DNA of 64,000 nucleotides from Nitrospirota bacterium (GTDB lineage Bacteria; Nitrospirota; Thermodesulfovibrionia; Thermodesulfovibrionales; JdFR-86): contig CAVRJY010000001.1 in the NCBI GenBank assembly GCA_963721805.1, positions 1,376,001 through 1,440,000 of the forward strand. Direction: 5' to 3'. The notes under the pieces are model-generated. The model did not search any database. It saw only the letters and a program-made list of their open reading frames with translations, and had not been told where the DNA came from. A program made the translations under genes and the position numbers. Positions 47,018 through 58,091 of this stretch are shown piece after piece. Position 1 is the stretch's first letter; every line of letters begins with the position of its first letter.

Positions 47018-47770
47018 TTATGCCCGCATGTAAAAGACGTTGGGTTCAACGCCTGTCTCGGGCCTTAGCACCCATACGGTCTTATCGAGCTGATAGACAA
47101 GGCCATAGACCTCGCTGAGGGGGTCTGAGATGTCTCCGAACACGCGCACGCCTGCCGGACATGCCGCCGCGCATGCAGTGAGCTCCTCGCCCTTGCTCAG
47201 TCGCGTGTCCCAGCAGAAGTTGCACTTGTCTACGGTCTTGGTCAAGCCGTTTAGGTAGCGCGCGTTATACGGGCATGCCAGCATGCAGGTCTTGCACCCT
47301 ATGCACCGGTCCTTGTCGATCAGGACTATGCCGGTCTTCGGGTCCTTGTAGGTCGCCGACGTGGGGCAGGCCCTCGTGCACGGGGGGTTGTTGCACTGGT
47401 TGCAGAGCACCGGGATGTACTCGCGCTTCTGTCCCGCCGCCTCGGGCATGTCGTGCTCGAGTATACGGGTGCGGTAACCGCCCGACGGGACGCCGTTGGT
47501 CTTTGCACAGGCCTCGACGCAACGCTCGCAGTCGATGCAGAGGTTCTGCCGGATGACCATGCTGTAGTGAGGCCTGTACTTATCATTCTCGGCGACGGTC
47601 TCGTAGGCCATGGCCCGGCCGCCGTTGCTCATGAGCGAGAGGACCTTGCCACCGGCATACACGCCCGTGATCGCGAGCCCGATCTTCAGGAACGTCCTGC
47701 GCTCCATCGGCTTAATCGAGCCGAGCCCTTCGTTTTTGAAGCTGTCGAAGTCCATCTTTCCGAATTTCAT
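47018..47770 (-). CDS. NrfC/PsrB-like 4x[4Fe-4S] protein with a Tat signal
   Basis: ERRTFLK twin-arginine motif; CIDCERC, CNQCNNPPC..ACP, CIGCKTC..ACP, KCNFC...AC..ACP. Confidence 0.92.
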   Translation of the reverse strand: MKFGKMDFDSFKNEGLGSIKPMERRTFLKIGLAITGVYAGGKVLSLMSNGGRAMAYETVAENDKYRPHYSMVIRQNLCIDCERCVEACAKTNGVPSGGYRTRILEHDMPEAAGQKREYIPVLCNQCNNPPCTRACPTSATYKDPKTGIVLIDKDRCIGCKTCMLACPYNARYLNGLTKTVDKCNFCWDTRLSKGEELTACAAACPAGVRVFGDISDPLSEVYGLVYQLDKTVWVLRPETGVEPNVFYMRA

Positions 47771-47771
47771 T

Positions 47772-49034
47772 TTAGTGTCCCTCCCCGTGGTGTTCTTCAG
47801 CAGGGTGGCCCTTAAAGACCTTCTCACCGAGTATGAAGGTGATGGCGAATAGGAACATCGCGCCTATGACTATGCCTATCTCGTGGAACGACGGCGTATA
47901 GCTCAGGATTCCCTTGTACTCGTTGACCCCGAGTTCGTAAAACCCTGAGAACACCTGTCCGAGCACGACCAGGTCATACCGCATGAAGAATATGCCGACG
48001 ACCATCATGGCCGTTGCCGCTGCCATCATCCCAAGGTTCTTGCCCCTTGAGGCCAGCAGGAGTATGAAAGGGATAACCATGCCGAGGCTGACCTCGAAGC
48101 CCCAGAAGTTGATCGCATAAGGGCCGAAGATGAAGGAATTAAGCGTTGCGACCTTCCCGGCGCCACCCGCATAGCCGGTGATGATCTTCCAGGTGGTGAA
48201 GAACATTACCACAGCGATCAAAATGGCGGTGACCTTTGCCACAGCCGCCATGGAGCGGAGCATCTCGGGTTCCATCTTCTTGTGGTTGAACTTGTAGGAC
48301 AGCCATGTAAAGAGGATTATCGCCGCGCCGCCGGACATCGCCGCCGAGGCGATGAAGTAGATCGGCATGTAGGGGCCGTACCAGAACTCGCGGCCGTGGA
48401 GCATCCCGAAGATCGCGCCGAGGTTCGAATGGGCCGCGACACCGGTTAAAAGGCCCGAAAACCCGGCGATGGTCGCCCACTTGTGCCAGTTCAGGAGCAT
48501 GAAACCGTACTCGAAGATCATGAACATCATGTAAGCGCCGTACAGTGTGCCCATCCACCAGATGTTGGAGCGGAGGTTGGGCGTGAGCATGTTGTAGAGG
48601 ATCATCCTGAACGGGTTTTCGACCTCAAGCAGTATCACCGCGAAGCCGCAGACGATCGCGACGATCGAGAGGAACACGGCCCGCTTGGCGATGGGCTGGA
48701 AGCTCTCGACACCGAAGACGTGGCCTATAGAGGAGACAATGCAGAGGCCGGTCGAGGTCACGACGAAGAAGATATAGGTCGAGATCAGGATGCCCCACGG
48801 GATCTCGCGCGTTGTGGAGTATGCCTCGTGGTAGCCGGTCCTGATCGCGTCCAGGGCTATGAAGGCGAAGGCGTATATGCCCAGCCAGAATAACACGAGG
48901 AGCGCATGATAGCCCCTCGTCCCGGTCAGCCCCATCAGGGCCTCCCTCATCCCCTCGCGCAGGTCAGAGGGGTTGGCCGTCTTCAGGCCTTCCGCTATGA
49001 CCGCCGCCGGGTTTATCTTGCCTTTCTCATCCAT
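47772..49034 (-). CDS. NrfD/PsrC-family quinol-interacting membrane subunit
   Basis: IPWG..I.TY.FFV, P.R...P...S..WWM, about 10 TMs, MRYDLVV.GQ, Y.PS..E. Confidence 0.88.
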   Translation of the reverse strand: MDEKGKINPAAVIAEGLKTANPSDLREGMREALMGLTGTRGYHALLVLFWLGIYAFAFIALDAIRTGYHEAYSTTREIPWGILISTYIFFVVTSTGLCIVSSIGHVFGVESFQPIAKRAVFLSIVAIVCGFAVILLEVENPFRMILYNMLTPNLRSNIWWMGTLYGAYMMFMIFEYGFMLLNWHKWATIAGFSGLLTGVAAHSNLGAIFGMLHGREFWYGPYMPIYFIASAAMSGGAAIILFTWLSYKFNHKKMEPEMLRSMAAVAKVTAILIAVVMFFTTWKIITGYAGGAGKVATLNSFIFGPYAINFWGFEVSLGMVIPFILLLASRGKNLGMMAAATAMMVVGIFFMRYDLVVLGQVFSGFYELGVNEYKGILSYTPSFHEIGIVIGAMFLFAITFILGEKVFKGHPAEEHHGEGH

Positions 49035-49091
49035 TTTTGCGCTGCTCCTTTCGGGATAGTGAGCTGCCTTTTCCTGTTTGGCGACGGCGCC

Positions 49092-49424
49092 CTAGCGGGT
49101 GCCGGCCTTTCCTGCCTCGGCCTCGTGCGAACCGGCCGCTGCCCTTACAGCCGCGTCTACCACGGAACCAACCGCCCAGCCGGCCATCGCGGAGCCTATC
49201 GTGAACATCAGGGCCGCGCCCAGCATCCCGCCCAGCATCGAGACCGCGAGGAATACGCTCGCGAGTATCCCTGCATGCAGCGGCCCGCCGGTTACGAGGG
49301 TTGCGATCTTAAGCCCTATGGCCCCGCCCGCGAGCGAGCCGCCCAGTATCCCTACCAGTACGAACAGCACGATCCCGATTCCCGTCCCGATGTAAGTCCC
49401 CTTCTTCGCATAGTTCGTGTTCAT
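49092..49424 (-). CDS. Small Gly-rich membrane protein (paralog 2)
   Basis: YIGTGIGIVLF...GGAIG...SMLGG...AGW; GxxxG-rich helices; RBS. Confidence 0.8.
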   Translation of the reverse strand: MNTNYAKKGTYIGTGIGIVLFVLVGILGGSLAGGAIGLKIATLVTGGPLHAGILASVFLAVSMLGGMLGAALMFTIGSAMAGWAVGSVVDAAVRAAAGSHEAEAGKAGTR

Positions 49425-49490
49425 CTTTCTACCCCTTTCGTACCTTCTTTAGAGATTGTTGCGGCAGTTGCCGCATATGTTTCCAGCGTA

Positions 49491-49817
49491 TTAGTGCTTG
49501 ACTGCCTTCTGGTGGGCCAGATCCTTCGCACCCGCATGCCTTACGGCCTCGACCGCGTTGCCGCAGAGCCACCCTATAGCCGCGCCGCCCAGGCTGAACA
49601 TCAGGCAGGCCACCATGACCCCGGAGAGCATCCCGACGCCGACCAGCAGGCGCATCCCGATAGTAGGCACTATCGGTGAGCCGACGATGGTCTTGGCGAG
49701 GCTCATCCCGAATATGCCGCCTATCAGCGCCCCGTATGTAAGGCCGAAGACCACGAAAAGCGCTATGCCAATTCCCGCTCCGATGTAAGCCATCTTCTCT
49801 GCCAGTCCGGTCTTCAT
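49491..49817 (-). CDS. Small Gly-rich membrane protein (paralog 1)
   Basis: YIGAGIGIALF...GGIFG...GMLSG...IGW; AAGGAGG RBS; first gene after the sigma54 promoter. Confidence 0.8.
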   Translation of the reverse strand: MKTGLAEKMAYIGAGIGIALFVVFGLTYGALIGGIFGMSLAKTIVGSPIVPTIGMRLLVGVGMLSGVMVACLMFSLGGAAIGWLCGNAVEAVRHAGAKDLAHQKAVKH

Positions 49818-49854
49818 TTTCTCATCCTCCTTGTTCCGTTCTTGCCAATATCAA

Positions 49855-49870
49855 AGCATCTTTCGTGCCA
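49855..49870 (-). promoter_or_regulatory. Sigma54 -24/-12 promoter
   Basis: Minus strand TGGCACG-AAAG-ATGCT with exact GG-N10-GC spacing. Confidence 0.85.
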
Positions 49871-49888
49871 TGCAGACGTTTCTTTATT

Positions 49889-49901
49889 TATCAACAGGTT
49901 A
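49889..49901 (+). promoter_or_regulatory. IHF binding site
   Basis: TATCAA-CAGG-TTA matches WATCAANNNNTTR, has an AT tract 5', and lies between the sigma54 promoter and the putative UAS. Confidence 0.7.
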
Positions 49902-49925
49902 GGCGATAGTTGGGCCAGCTTTACG

Positions 49926-49960
49926 TCGCATAACAGCGAATCTCATTCGCAGGATTGCAA
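49926..49960. promoter_or_regulatory. Tandem imperfect palindromes; putative enhancer (UAS) for a sigma54 activator
   Basis: TCGCAtaacAGCGA (49926-49939) and TCGCAggatTGCAA (49947-49960), offset by 21 bp. Confidence 0.55.
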
Positions 49961-50013
49961 AAAACAAGGCGAGATTAAGACCACCGTGGCGCTTAAAGAA
50001 AGGAAGGGACAAC

Positions 50014-50049
50014 AAAAAGCCGCACCGGAGGGAAGGGCGGTGCGGCTTT
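50014..50049 (-). terminator. Intrinsic terminator
   Basis: AAAGCCGCACCG / CGGTGCGGCTTT stem with a minus-strand U tract. Confidence 0.75.
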
Positions 50050-50072
50050 CTTAAAGGCGATATCCGATAAGC

Positions 50073-51152
50073 TTATGCGAAGAGGTTCACCTGCTGCACG
50101 GTGCCGGCTGTGCCGTTATCATTGAGGAACACGCCGGCGCTCACGGCCTCGCCAGCGGAATTTCCGGAGTCATCCTTATAAGTGAAGGGCGTGTCTATGC
50201 TCCCGAGGTATATCGCACCCACGCCGGTATCCCTGAGCGACTTCAGGATATCCGCACCGGCGGAGTCCTTGGACCATACCTGCAGGTCGCTGTACGCCTT
50301 GTCGTTTTCGTCTATCCAGCCGTTGCCGTCAGTGTCGAGCGCCTTGAGATCACTAAACCCGTTGCCGGAGGACGGGCCGAAGAGTTCGGAGCCGTTGTCT
50401 ATCGTGCCGTTGCCATTTTTGTCGAGAGCGAGGAAGCCGCTTCCGGGCGCGACGAACGAGACCTGCTCGCCGGTGCCGTCGGAGTTCAGGTCGAACGTGA
50501 ATTTGGTGTCGGTCAGCTCCGCGGCCGAGCCTGAGTAATTAATCACGAGCGGGTCGGTTTTCTTCACGGCGTCGCCGGCCCTGATGCTCACGTCAGAGGT
50601 CGAGACCTGGTCGCGGCTCATGTTGAGCGAGACCGTGAAATCGATCTCCTTGCCGTCGGCGGTCTTTACGACGCCCTGTGCACTGAAGCTCGTCTGCTCG
50701 CTCTCGGCGTCGACGGTCTGGGAGTCGTACTCGACCCCCCAGCCCTGCTGCTGAGGGGCGGCCTGGGCCTGCTGGCCGGACTGCGAAGTGTCCTGCGGGG
50801 CGCTATCCTGCTCAGTGGCGTCAGATGCGGACATGATATGGATTTTCTTGCCGGTGAACGCCTCGATGATCGCCTTGATAAGCGCGATGCGCGGGTCTAG
50901 CTCGCTGTCATCGCCCGTCGCGGCCGGTTTCTTAGGCTTGCTCGCAGCGTCGCTTGCCTGCTTCAATGAGTTCTTGGCCGCATTTGAGATTGAGACCTGC
51001 GATCGGCTCTGAGCCAGTTGCGCCGCCGCGCCCCGGCCCTCGAAGTCCGGCCTCCGGTCGCCAACCCAGGCCTTGAGGGAAATGGTGCTCTGGTGTGTCT
51101 CGGCATACGCGTGCTCTGAAGACATGGATATAGCGGAGCTGCTGATGATCAT
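50073..51152 (-). CDS. Hypothetical protein with Dx[DN]x[DN]G Ca-binding-like loops
   Basis: DLNSDG, DKNGNG, DTDGNGWID; Ser/Ala/Gln-rich N-terminus; no Sec signal; GAGGAGG RBS. Confidence 0.75.
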   Translation of the reverse strand: MIISSSAISMSSEHAYAETHQSTISLKAWVGDRRPDFEGRGAAAQLAQSRSQVSISNAAKNSLKQASDAASKPKKPAATGDDSELDPRIALIKAIIEAFTGKKIHIMSASDATEQDSAPQDTSQSGQQAQAAPQQQGWGVEYDSQTVDAESEQTSFSAQGVVKTADGKEIDFTVSLNMSRDQVSTSDVSIRAGDAVKKTDPLVINYSGSAAELTDTKFTFDLNSDGTGEQVSFVAPGSGFLALDKNGNGTIDNGSELFGPSSGNGFSDLKALDTDGNGWIDENDKAYSDLQVWSKDSAGADILKSLRDTGVGAIYLGSIDTPFTYKDDSGNSAGEAVSAGVFLNDNGTAGTVQQVNLFA

Positions 51153-51207
51153 GTTACAACCTCCTCACCCTTAATGAAAAGTTTGTAATTCTCCCGCCTC
51201 GGATCTC

Positions 51208-51235
51208 TTATCGGAATGCTTGAGGGAAAACTTGA
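51208..51235 (-). promoter_or_regulatory. Putative sigma28 (FliA/SigD) promoter
   Basis: Minus strand TCAAG(TTT)...TCCGATAA, i.e. TCAA-N16-TCCGATAA. Confidence 0.6.
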
Positions 51236-51270
51236 ATGAGGACCTATGTAAAATTTACTTTTCGAAACCG

Positions 51271-51322
51271 TTACGGGCGGGACAAGGGGCTGCCCCCGTA
51301 AGGAAGAGGTACCCGTGGCACC
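51271..51322. repeat. Second, degenerate copy of the REP-like element
   Basis: GGGGC-T-GCCCC followed by TAAG and the same CCCGTGGCACC 11-mer as 33433-33443. Confidence 0.4.
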
Positions 51323-51334
51323 AGGCGAGGGCGG

Positions 51335-51676
51335 TTAAACAGGGCGGTTGGACGTGTCGACCTTGATGATGCGCGGGGCGAAACCGGATGCCTCTGAATC
51401 AGGCAGCAGGCACCAGGAAAACACGATCACGATATCGCCGGGCATGCCCTTGCGCGCGGTCGGGCCGTTGAGGCAGACCTCGCCGGGCTTGCCGGGGATG
51501 GCGTATGTCTCGAAGCGTTCACCGTTGTTTAGGTTGCTGACCGAGACCTGCTCGTAGGGGTGGATATCGGCCAGCTTCATAAGTTCGACGTCGATCGTGA
51601 TGCTGCCCTCGTAATAGAGGCTGGCGTCGGTGACGGTCGCGCGGTGTATCTTGGATTTGAGCATCGTGCGCATCAT
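51335..51676 (-). CDS. panD: Aspartate 1-decarboxylase
   Basis: [18 protein letters not shown] (G-S cleavage site), [14 protein letters not shown]. Confidence 0.96.
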   Translation of the reverse strand: MMRTMLKSKIHRATVTDASLYYEGSITIDVELMKLADIHPYEQVSVSNLNNGERFETYAIPGKPGEVCLNGPTARKGMPGDIVIVFSWCLLPDSEASGFAPRIIKVDTSNRPV

Positions 51677-51681
51677 GGGGG

Positions 51682-51969
51682 CTACTCTATGATCTTCGGC
51701 ACGCGGTAGAACTTATCGGTGTGGTCGGGTGCGTTTTTGAGCGCCTCATCGACCGCAAGCGAGGGCCGCTCGGCGTCATCGCGCATGACGTCCGAGATAT
51801 CGAGCACGTGCGAGGTGGGCGCGACCTTGGAGGTATCGAGTTCATCGAGCTTGCGGACGTGCTCCAGGATGTTGCTCAGCTGGGAGCCGAAGAGTTCCCT
51901 CTCCTGGTCGTCGATATCGAGGCGCGCGAGCTTTGCGATATGCGCCACCTGCCCGGCGTCAATAGCCAT
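51682..51969 (-). CDS. gatC: Asp/Glu-tRNA amidotransferase subunit C
   Basis: [29 protein letters not shown]. Confidence 0.94.
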   Translation of the reverse strand: MAIDAGQVAHIAKLARLDIDDQERELFGSQLSNILEHVRKLDELDTSKVAPTSHVLDISDVMRDDAERPSLAVDEALKNAPDHTDKFYRVPKIIE

Positions 51970-54078
51970 CTATCGGATGCGCTCCAGGTTTGCGAACTTA
52001 AGCGCGAGGCGCTTGATCCCGATGACAGGGAAGTTGACCGTGATCTTCTGCTCCTCGCCTTCGCCATAGCAGTCGCGCACGACCCCGACGCCCCACTTGG
52101 GGTGCTTGACGCGCGTGCCGACGGCATACGCGGCGGCGGGCTTGAAGGTCTTCAGCTTCTTGGACGAGCACGCGCTCGCCCCGGCCGGGACGGCCTTCAG
52201 CAGCTTCTCGATCGTAAGGCAGCTCTCCTCGGGTATGTGGGCGAGGAACCGCGAGGGCTCCTGCTCCTGGAGGCGCGCGTAGAGGCGGCGTTTCTTGGCA
52301 CCCGTGAGCCACAGGAGGTCCTTTGCGCGGGTCATCCCGACGTACAGGAGCCTGCGCTCCTCGTCGATCTCGGCCTCGCTCTCGGCCTTGAAGTAAGGCA
52401 GCACTCCCTCCTCGACGCCCGCTATGAACACGGCCGGGAACTCGAGGCCCTTGGCGCTGTGCAGCGTCATCAGAGTCACTGCCTGCACGCTGTTGTCTTC
52501 CTCTATGGCGCTCAGCAGCGAGATCGAGTCGATGTAGTCTTTTATGTCCCTGCCCGAGGCGGCCTCGATCAGGAAGCGGACGTTTTCGGCGCGGTCGTCC
52601 TCTGCGTAGTTTGAGTATCCGCTCTTGATGAACACGTCGCGGAGCATCTCGGCCGCGTCGGTGTATTTCTCCTTGCGCAGGGCCTCGACGAGCTTGACGA
52701 ACTCCTCGAGCTTCTCCTTCGCCACCGCGGTGATCGAGCCGCTCTTTATGACCTCTTTAAGCGCGTCATAGAGGCTCGTGCCCTTCTTCTTGGCCTCCTG
52801 CTCGACCTTCGAGAGCGTCGATGCGCCGATGCCCCTCGGGGGGGTGTTGATGACGCGGCGCAGGCTGACGTTGTCGCTTGCGTTGAGGGCAAGGCGCATG
52901 TATGCGGTTATGTCCTTGATCTCCTTGCGGTGGTAGAAATTCGTGCCCCCCAGGATGCGGTAGGGTATGCGCTCGTGGCGCATGGCGTCCTCGATCGGGC
53001 GCGACTGGATGTTGATGCGGTACAGGATGGCCGCCTGCGAATAGTCGTATATGCCCTTGAGGTAAAGCTCCTTGATCATCTTTACGATATACTTGGCCTC
53101 TTCGCCCTCGGTGTCGAACCAGCAGCGGCAGATCTTCTCTCCGGCGCCGCGGTCTGACCAGAGCTTCTTGGGCTTGCGCTTCAGGTTGTTGCTGATTATA
53201 TGGTCCGAGGCGTCGAGGATCGACTGCGTGGAGCGGTAGTTCTGCTCCAGCTTTATCAGTTTGGCCTTGGGGAAGTCCTTCTCGAAGTTCAGTATGTTCT
53301 GGACGTTGGCGCCCCTGAAGCCGTATATGCTCTGGTCGTCGTCGCCCACCACGCAGAGCTGGCTACCGGACTTTTCGGCCAGGAGCTTCAGCAGGCGGTA
53401 CTGGGCAATATTCGTGTCCTGAAACTCATCGACCAGGACGTGCTCGAACTGGTTGCGGTATTTTTTGAGCACCTGAGGGTGCGACTCGAAGAGGTTGACC
53501 GTGACCATGATGAGGTCGTCGAAGTCCAGGGCGTTGCAGCGTTTGAGCTCGTCCTGGTACCGCACGTAGACCCGCGCGAGCTTCTCCTCGAACCCGAAGC
53601 CGTTTCCGTTCGTGAGGAATTCCTGCGGCGTTATGAACGCGGATTTAAGCGCGCTGATGCGCGAGAGGATGCCCTTGTAGAGCGCCTCGTGGATCTTGAA
53701 CTCGGTCAGGATGTGGCGGATCAGGCTGCACTGGTCGTCGTCGTCGTAGATGGAGAAATCGCGCCTGTAACCCATCGTCTCGATCTCGGCCCTCAGCAGC
53801 CTCATGCACTGCGAGTGGAACGTCCCGATCCAGCTGCCCTTGAGGTCTTTTTTCAGAAGGCTCGAGATGCGCTCGCGCATCTCACCGGCGGCCTTGTTCG
53901 TGAACGTCACGCTCAGGATCGATTTTGGCGACGATTTCCTGGCCAGGTGGGCGTAGCGGTGCGTTATGACGCGCGTCTTGCCGCTTCCGGCCCCGGCGAG
54001 TATCAACAACGGGCTTCCGTTATGAAGCACGGCCTCTTTTTGCTGCGGGTTCAGGTTTTCCGACGTTGGGTGTGCCAT
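51970..54078 (-). CDS. pcrA: UvrD/PcrA family DNA helicase
   Basis: AGAGSGKT, TFTNKAA, VDEFQDTN, GDDDQSIY, NYRS, TLHSAKGLEF, EERRLLYV; C-terminal Tudor-like HPKWG. Confidence 0.93.
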   Translation of the reverse strand: MAHPTSENLNPQQKEAVLHNGSPLLILAGAGSGKTRVITHRYAHLARKSSPKSILSVTFTNKAAGEMRERISSLLKKDLKGSWIGTFHSQCMRLLRAEIETMGYRRDFSIYDDDDQCSLIRHILTEFKIHEALYKGILSRISALKSAFITPQEFLTNGNGFGFEEKLARVYVRYQDELKRCNALDFDDLIMVTVNLFESHPQVLKKYRNQFEHVLVDEFQDTNIAQYRLLKLLAEKSGSQLCVVGDDDQSIYGFRGANVQNILNFEKDFPKAKLIKLEQNYRSTQSILDASDHIISNNLKRKPKKLWSDRGAGEKICRCWFDTEGEEAKYIVKMIKELYLKGIYDYSQAAILYRINIQSRPIEDAMRHERIPYRILGGTNFYHRKEIKDITAYMRLALNASDNVSLRRVINTPPRGIGASTLSKVEQEAKKKGTSLYDALKEVIKSGSITAVAKEKLEEFVKLVEALRKEKYTDAAEMLRDVFIKSGYSNYAEDDRAENVRFLIEAASGRDIKDYIDSISLLSAIEEDNSVQAVTLMTLHSAKGLEFPAVFIAGVEEGVLPYFKAESEAEIDEERRLLYVGMTRAKDLLWLTGAKKRRLYARLQEQEPSRFLAHIPEESCLTIEKLLKAVPAGASACSSKKLKTFKPAAAYAVGTRVKHPKWGVGVVRDCYGEGEEQKITVNFPVIGIKRLALKFANLERIR

Positions 54079-54116
54079 CTATTCGTAATTATAACACAGG
54101 CGGTGTTTTCAATGTA

Positions 54117-55949
<1,833 letters not shown>

Positions 55950-55953
55950 GGCC

Positions 55954-57348
55954 TCAGACCTTCTTCTTTTTCTTGGCCCAGCCGGGTACAATGCGCTGCC
56001 GGATGCGGCTTATCACAAGCGCCTCGGCCGGGACCTCAGAGGTGACGGTCGTTCCTGCGCCGACGTATGCTCCCCGGCCGACCTTCACTGGCGCCACGAG
56101 CTGAGTGTCGCTGCCGATGAAGACGCCGTCGCCGATCTCGGTGCGGTGCTTGCGGGCGCCGTCGTAGTTGCAGGTGATCGTGCCGGCGCCGACGTTGACG
56201 CCCTTGCCGATAGTGGCGTCGCCCAGGTAGCTCAGGTGCATGGCCTTGGTGCCCTCGCCGATCACGGACTTCTTGACCTCGACGAAGTTGCCTATGCGCA
56301 CGTCGCGCTTTAGCACCGCTCCGGGCCTGAGATGAGCATAGGGGCCGACCTGCGTCCCTGCGCCGACGCTCGCCTCCTCGATCACCGAGCCGTCCTTGAT
56401 CGTCGCGCCCTCGGCAATCGTGCTTTGGCTGATGCGCGCGTTGGGCATGATCGTGCAGCGCGGGCCGATTACAGTATTGCCCTCTATATGCACGTTTGGG
56501 TATATGACCGTATCCGGGCCGATCCTGGCCTCGGGGGATATGAATGTCGATATCGGGTCCAGGAGCGTCACGCCCGAGTCGAGCAGCCGAGCGTTCGTCC
56601 TCCACTGCATGGCCTTTGTGGCCTCGACGAGGTCGATGCGCGTGTTGATGCCCAGGAATTCGTACTCGTCCGGGGCCATGAACGCCCCGGCCTTGAGGCC
56701 ATTGCCCTGCGAAAGCTCGATGATGTCGGTGAGGTATAATTCCTTCTTTTTCGGGTTAGGCTTGATGGACTTAAGAAGTGCGAGCGCCTCGGGCTCGATG
56801 GCGTAAAGCCCGCTGTTGACCTCGCGCACCGCGAGTTCGTCCTCGGTGGCGTCGGCGGCCTCGACTATGCGGATGCGGCCCCCGGGCTCGCGGATGAGCC
56901 TGCCGTATGCAGCCGGATCGGACGAGTTAAACGTCGCGACCGAGACCGCGTTGCAGGCCCTGCGATGGCGGCCGAGAAATGCCCTGAGGGTAGGGGAGCC
57001 AATAAGCGGCGTATCACCGTTTAAGACCACGACCGTGCCCTTGAACTTCGCAATCGCCGAAAGCCCGGCCATGAGCGCGTGAGCGGTGCCGTTTTGCTCT
57101 TCCTGAAGCGCAATCCGCACCGAGGGATACCCGTCGCAGATCGATCCGGCCACCAGCTCGGCGCTGTGCGCCCCGGCCACGACGACCGTCTCGGTAAACC
57201 CGAGCGCACGGACCGCATCGAGGATGTAATGCAGCATCGGCCGGCCGAATACCGGATGGAGCACCTTCGGGATGCGCGAGCGCATGCGCGTGCCGAGCCC
57301 TGCCGCCAGCACCACGCACGATGCCGGTTCTTTTTTACTTGCAGCCAT
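55954..57348 (-). CDS. glmU: Bifunctional GlcNAc-1-P uridyltransferase / GlcN-1-P acetyltransferase
   Basis: LAAGLGTRM, GD.PL, hexapeptide repeats, GNFVEVK, TCNYDG. Confidence 0.97.
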   Translation of the reverse strand: MAASKKEPASCVVLAAGLGTRMRSRIPKVLHPVFGRPMLHYILDAVRALGFTETVVVAGAHSAELVAGSICDGYPSVRIALQEEQNGTAHALMAGLSAIAKFKGTVVVLNGDTPLIGSPTLRAFLGRHRRACNAVSVATFNSSDPAAYGRLIREPGGRIRIVEAADATEDELAVREVNSGLYAIEPEALALLKSIKPNPKKKELYLTDIIELSQGNGLKAGAFMAPDEYEFLGINTRIDLVEATKAMQWRTNARLLDSGVTLLDPISTFISPEARIGPDTVIYPNVHIEGNTVIGPRCTIMPNARISQSTIAEGATIKDGSVIEEASVGAGTQVGPYAHLRPGAVLKRDVRIGNFVEVKKSVIGEGTKAMHLSYLGDATIGKGVNVGAGTITCNYDGARKHRTEIGDGVFIGSDTQLVAPVKVGRGAYVGAGTTVTSEVPAEALVISRIRQRIVPGWAKKKKKV

Positions 57349-58091
57349 TAAACCTCGACATCATCCGGGAAGTCGGCGTTCGTATAGACGTTTTGTACGT
57401 CGTCGTGCTCGTCGATGGCCTCGATCAGGTTAGCTAACTTCTGGCCGGTCTTGGCGTCCACGGGGATGTAGTTTTTTGGGAGCATTGTGATCTCCGCGTC
57501 CGATATCTCTATGCCCGCGGCAGCGACCGCGTCGCGCACCTTCTGCATATCGGAGGGCTCGGTGATGATCTCGAAGCTGTCCTCGTCGGGGTCGTTCTTC
57601 ATATCGAGCGCCCCGGCGTCGAGCGCGACGCCCATGAGCGCGTCCTCTGTTGTCTTGGTCTTGTCCACAAGGATGTAGCCGCGGTTTTCGAATATCCAGG
57701 CCACGCTGCCGGCCTCGCCCATGTTGCCGCCGTGCTTGGAGATTATGCTGCGGAGGTCCGAGACCGAGCGGTTCTTGTTGTCCGAGAGGACGTCGATCAG
57801 CACCGCGACGCCGCCGGGCCCGTAGCCCTCGTATCTCATCTCTTCGTATATGACGCCGGGAAGCTCTCCTGTGCCCTTCATGACCGCACGCTTGATGTTA
57901 TCCTGCGGCATGTTGACTTCCTTGGCCTTGTCTATCGCGAGCCTCAGGCGCGGGTTGCCGTCGGGGTCTCCGCCGCCCATCCTCGCGGCCACCGCGATCT
58001 CCTTGACGAGTTTTGTGAAGGCCTTGCCCTTCTTGGCGTCGGTGTTGGCCTTCTTATGTTTAATCTGCGACCATTTTGAATGCCCTGACAT
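57348..58091 (-). CDS. yebC: YebC/PmpR family protein
   Basis: [27 protein letters not shown]. Confidence 0.96.
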   Translation of the reverse strand: MSGHSKWSQIKHKKANTDAKKGKAFTKLVKEIAVAARMGGGDPDGNPRLRLAIDKAKEVNMPQDNIKRAVMKGTGELPGVIYEEMRYEGYGPGGVAVLIDVLSDNKNRSVSDLRSIISKHGGNMGEAGSVAWIFENRGYILVDKTKTTEDALMGVALDAGALDMKNDPDEDSFEIITEPSDMQKVRDAVAAAGIEISDAEITMLPKNYIPVDAKTGQKLANLIEAIDEHDDVQNVYTNADFPDDVEV

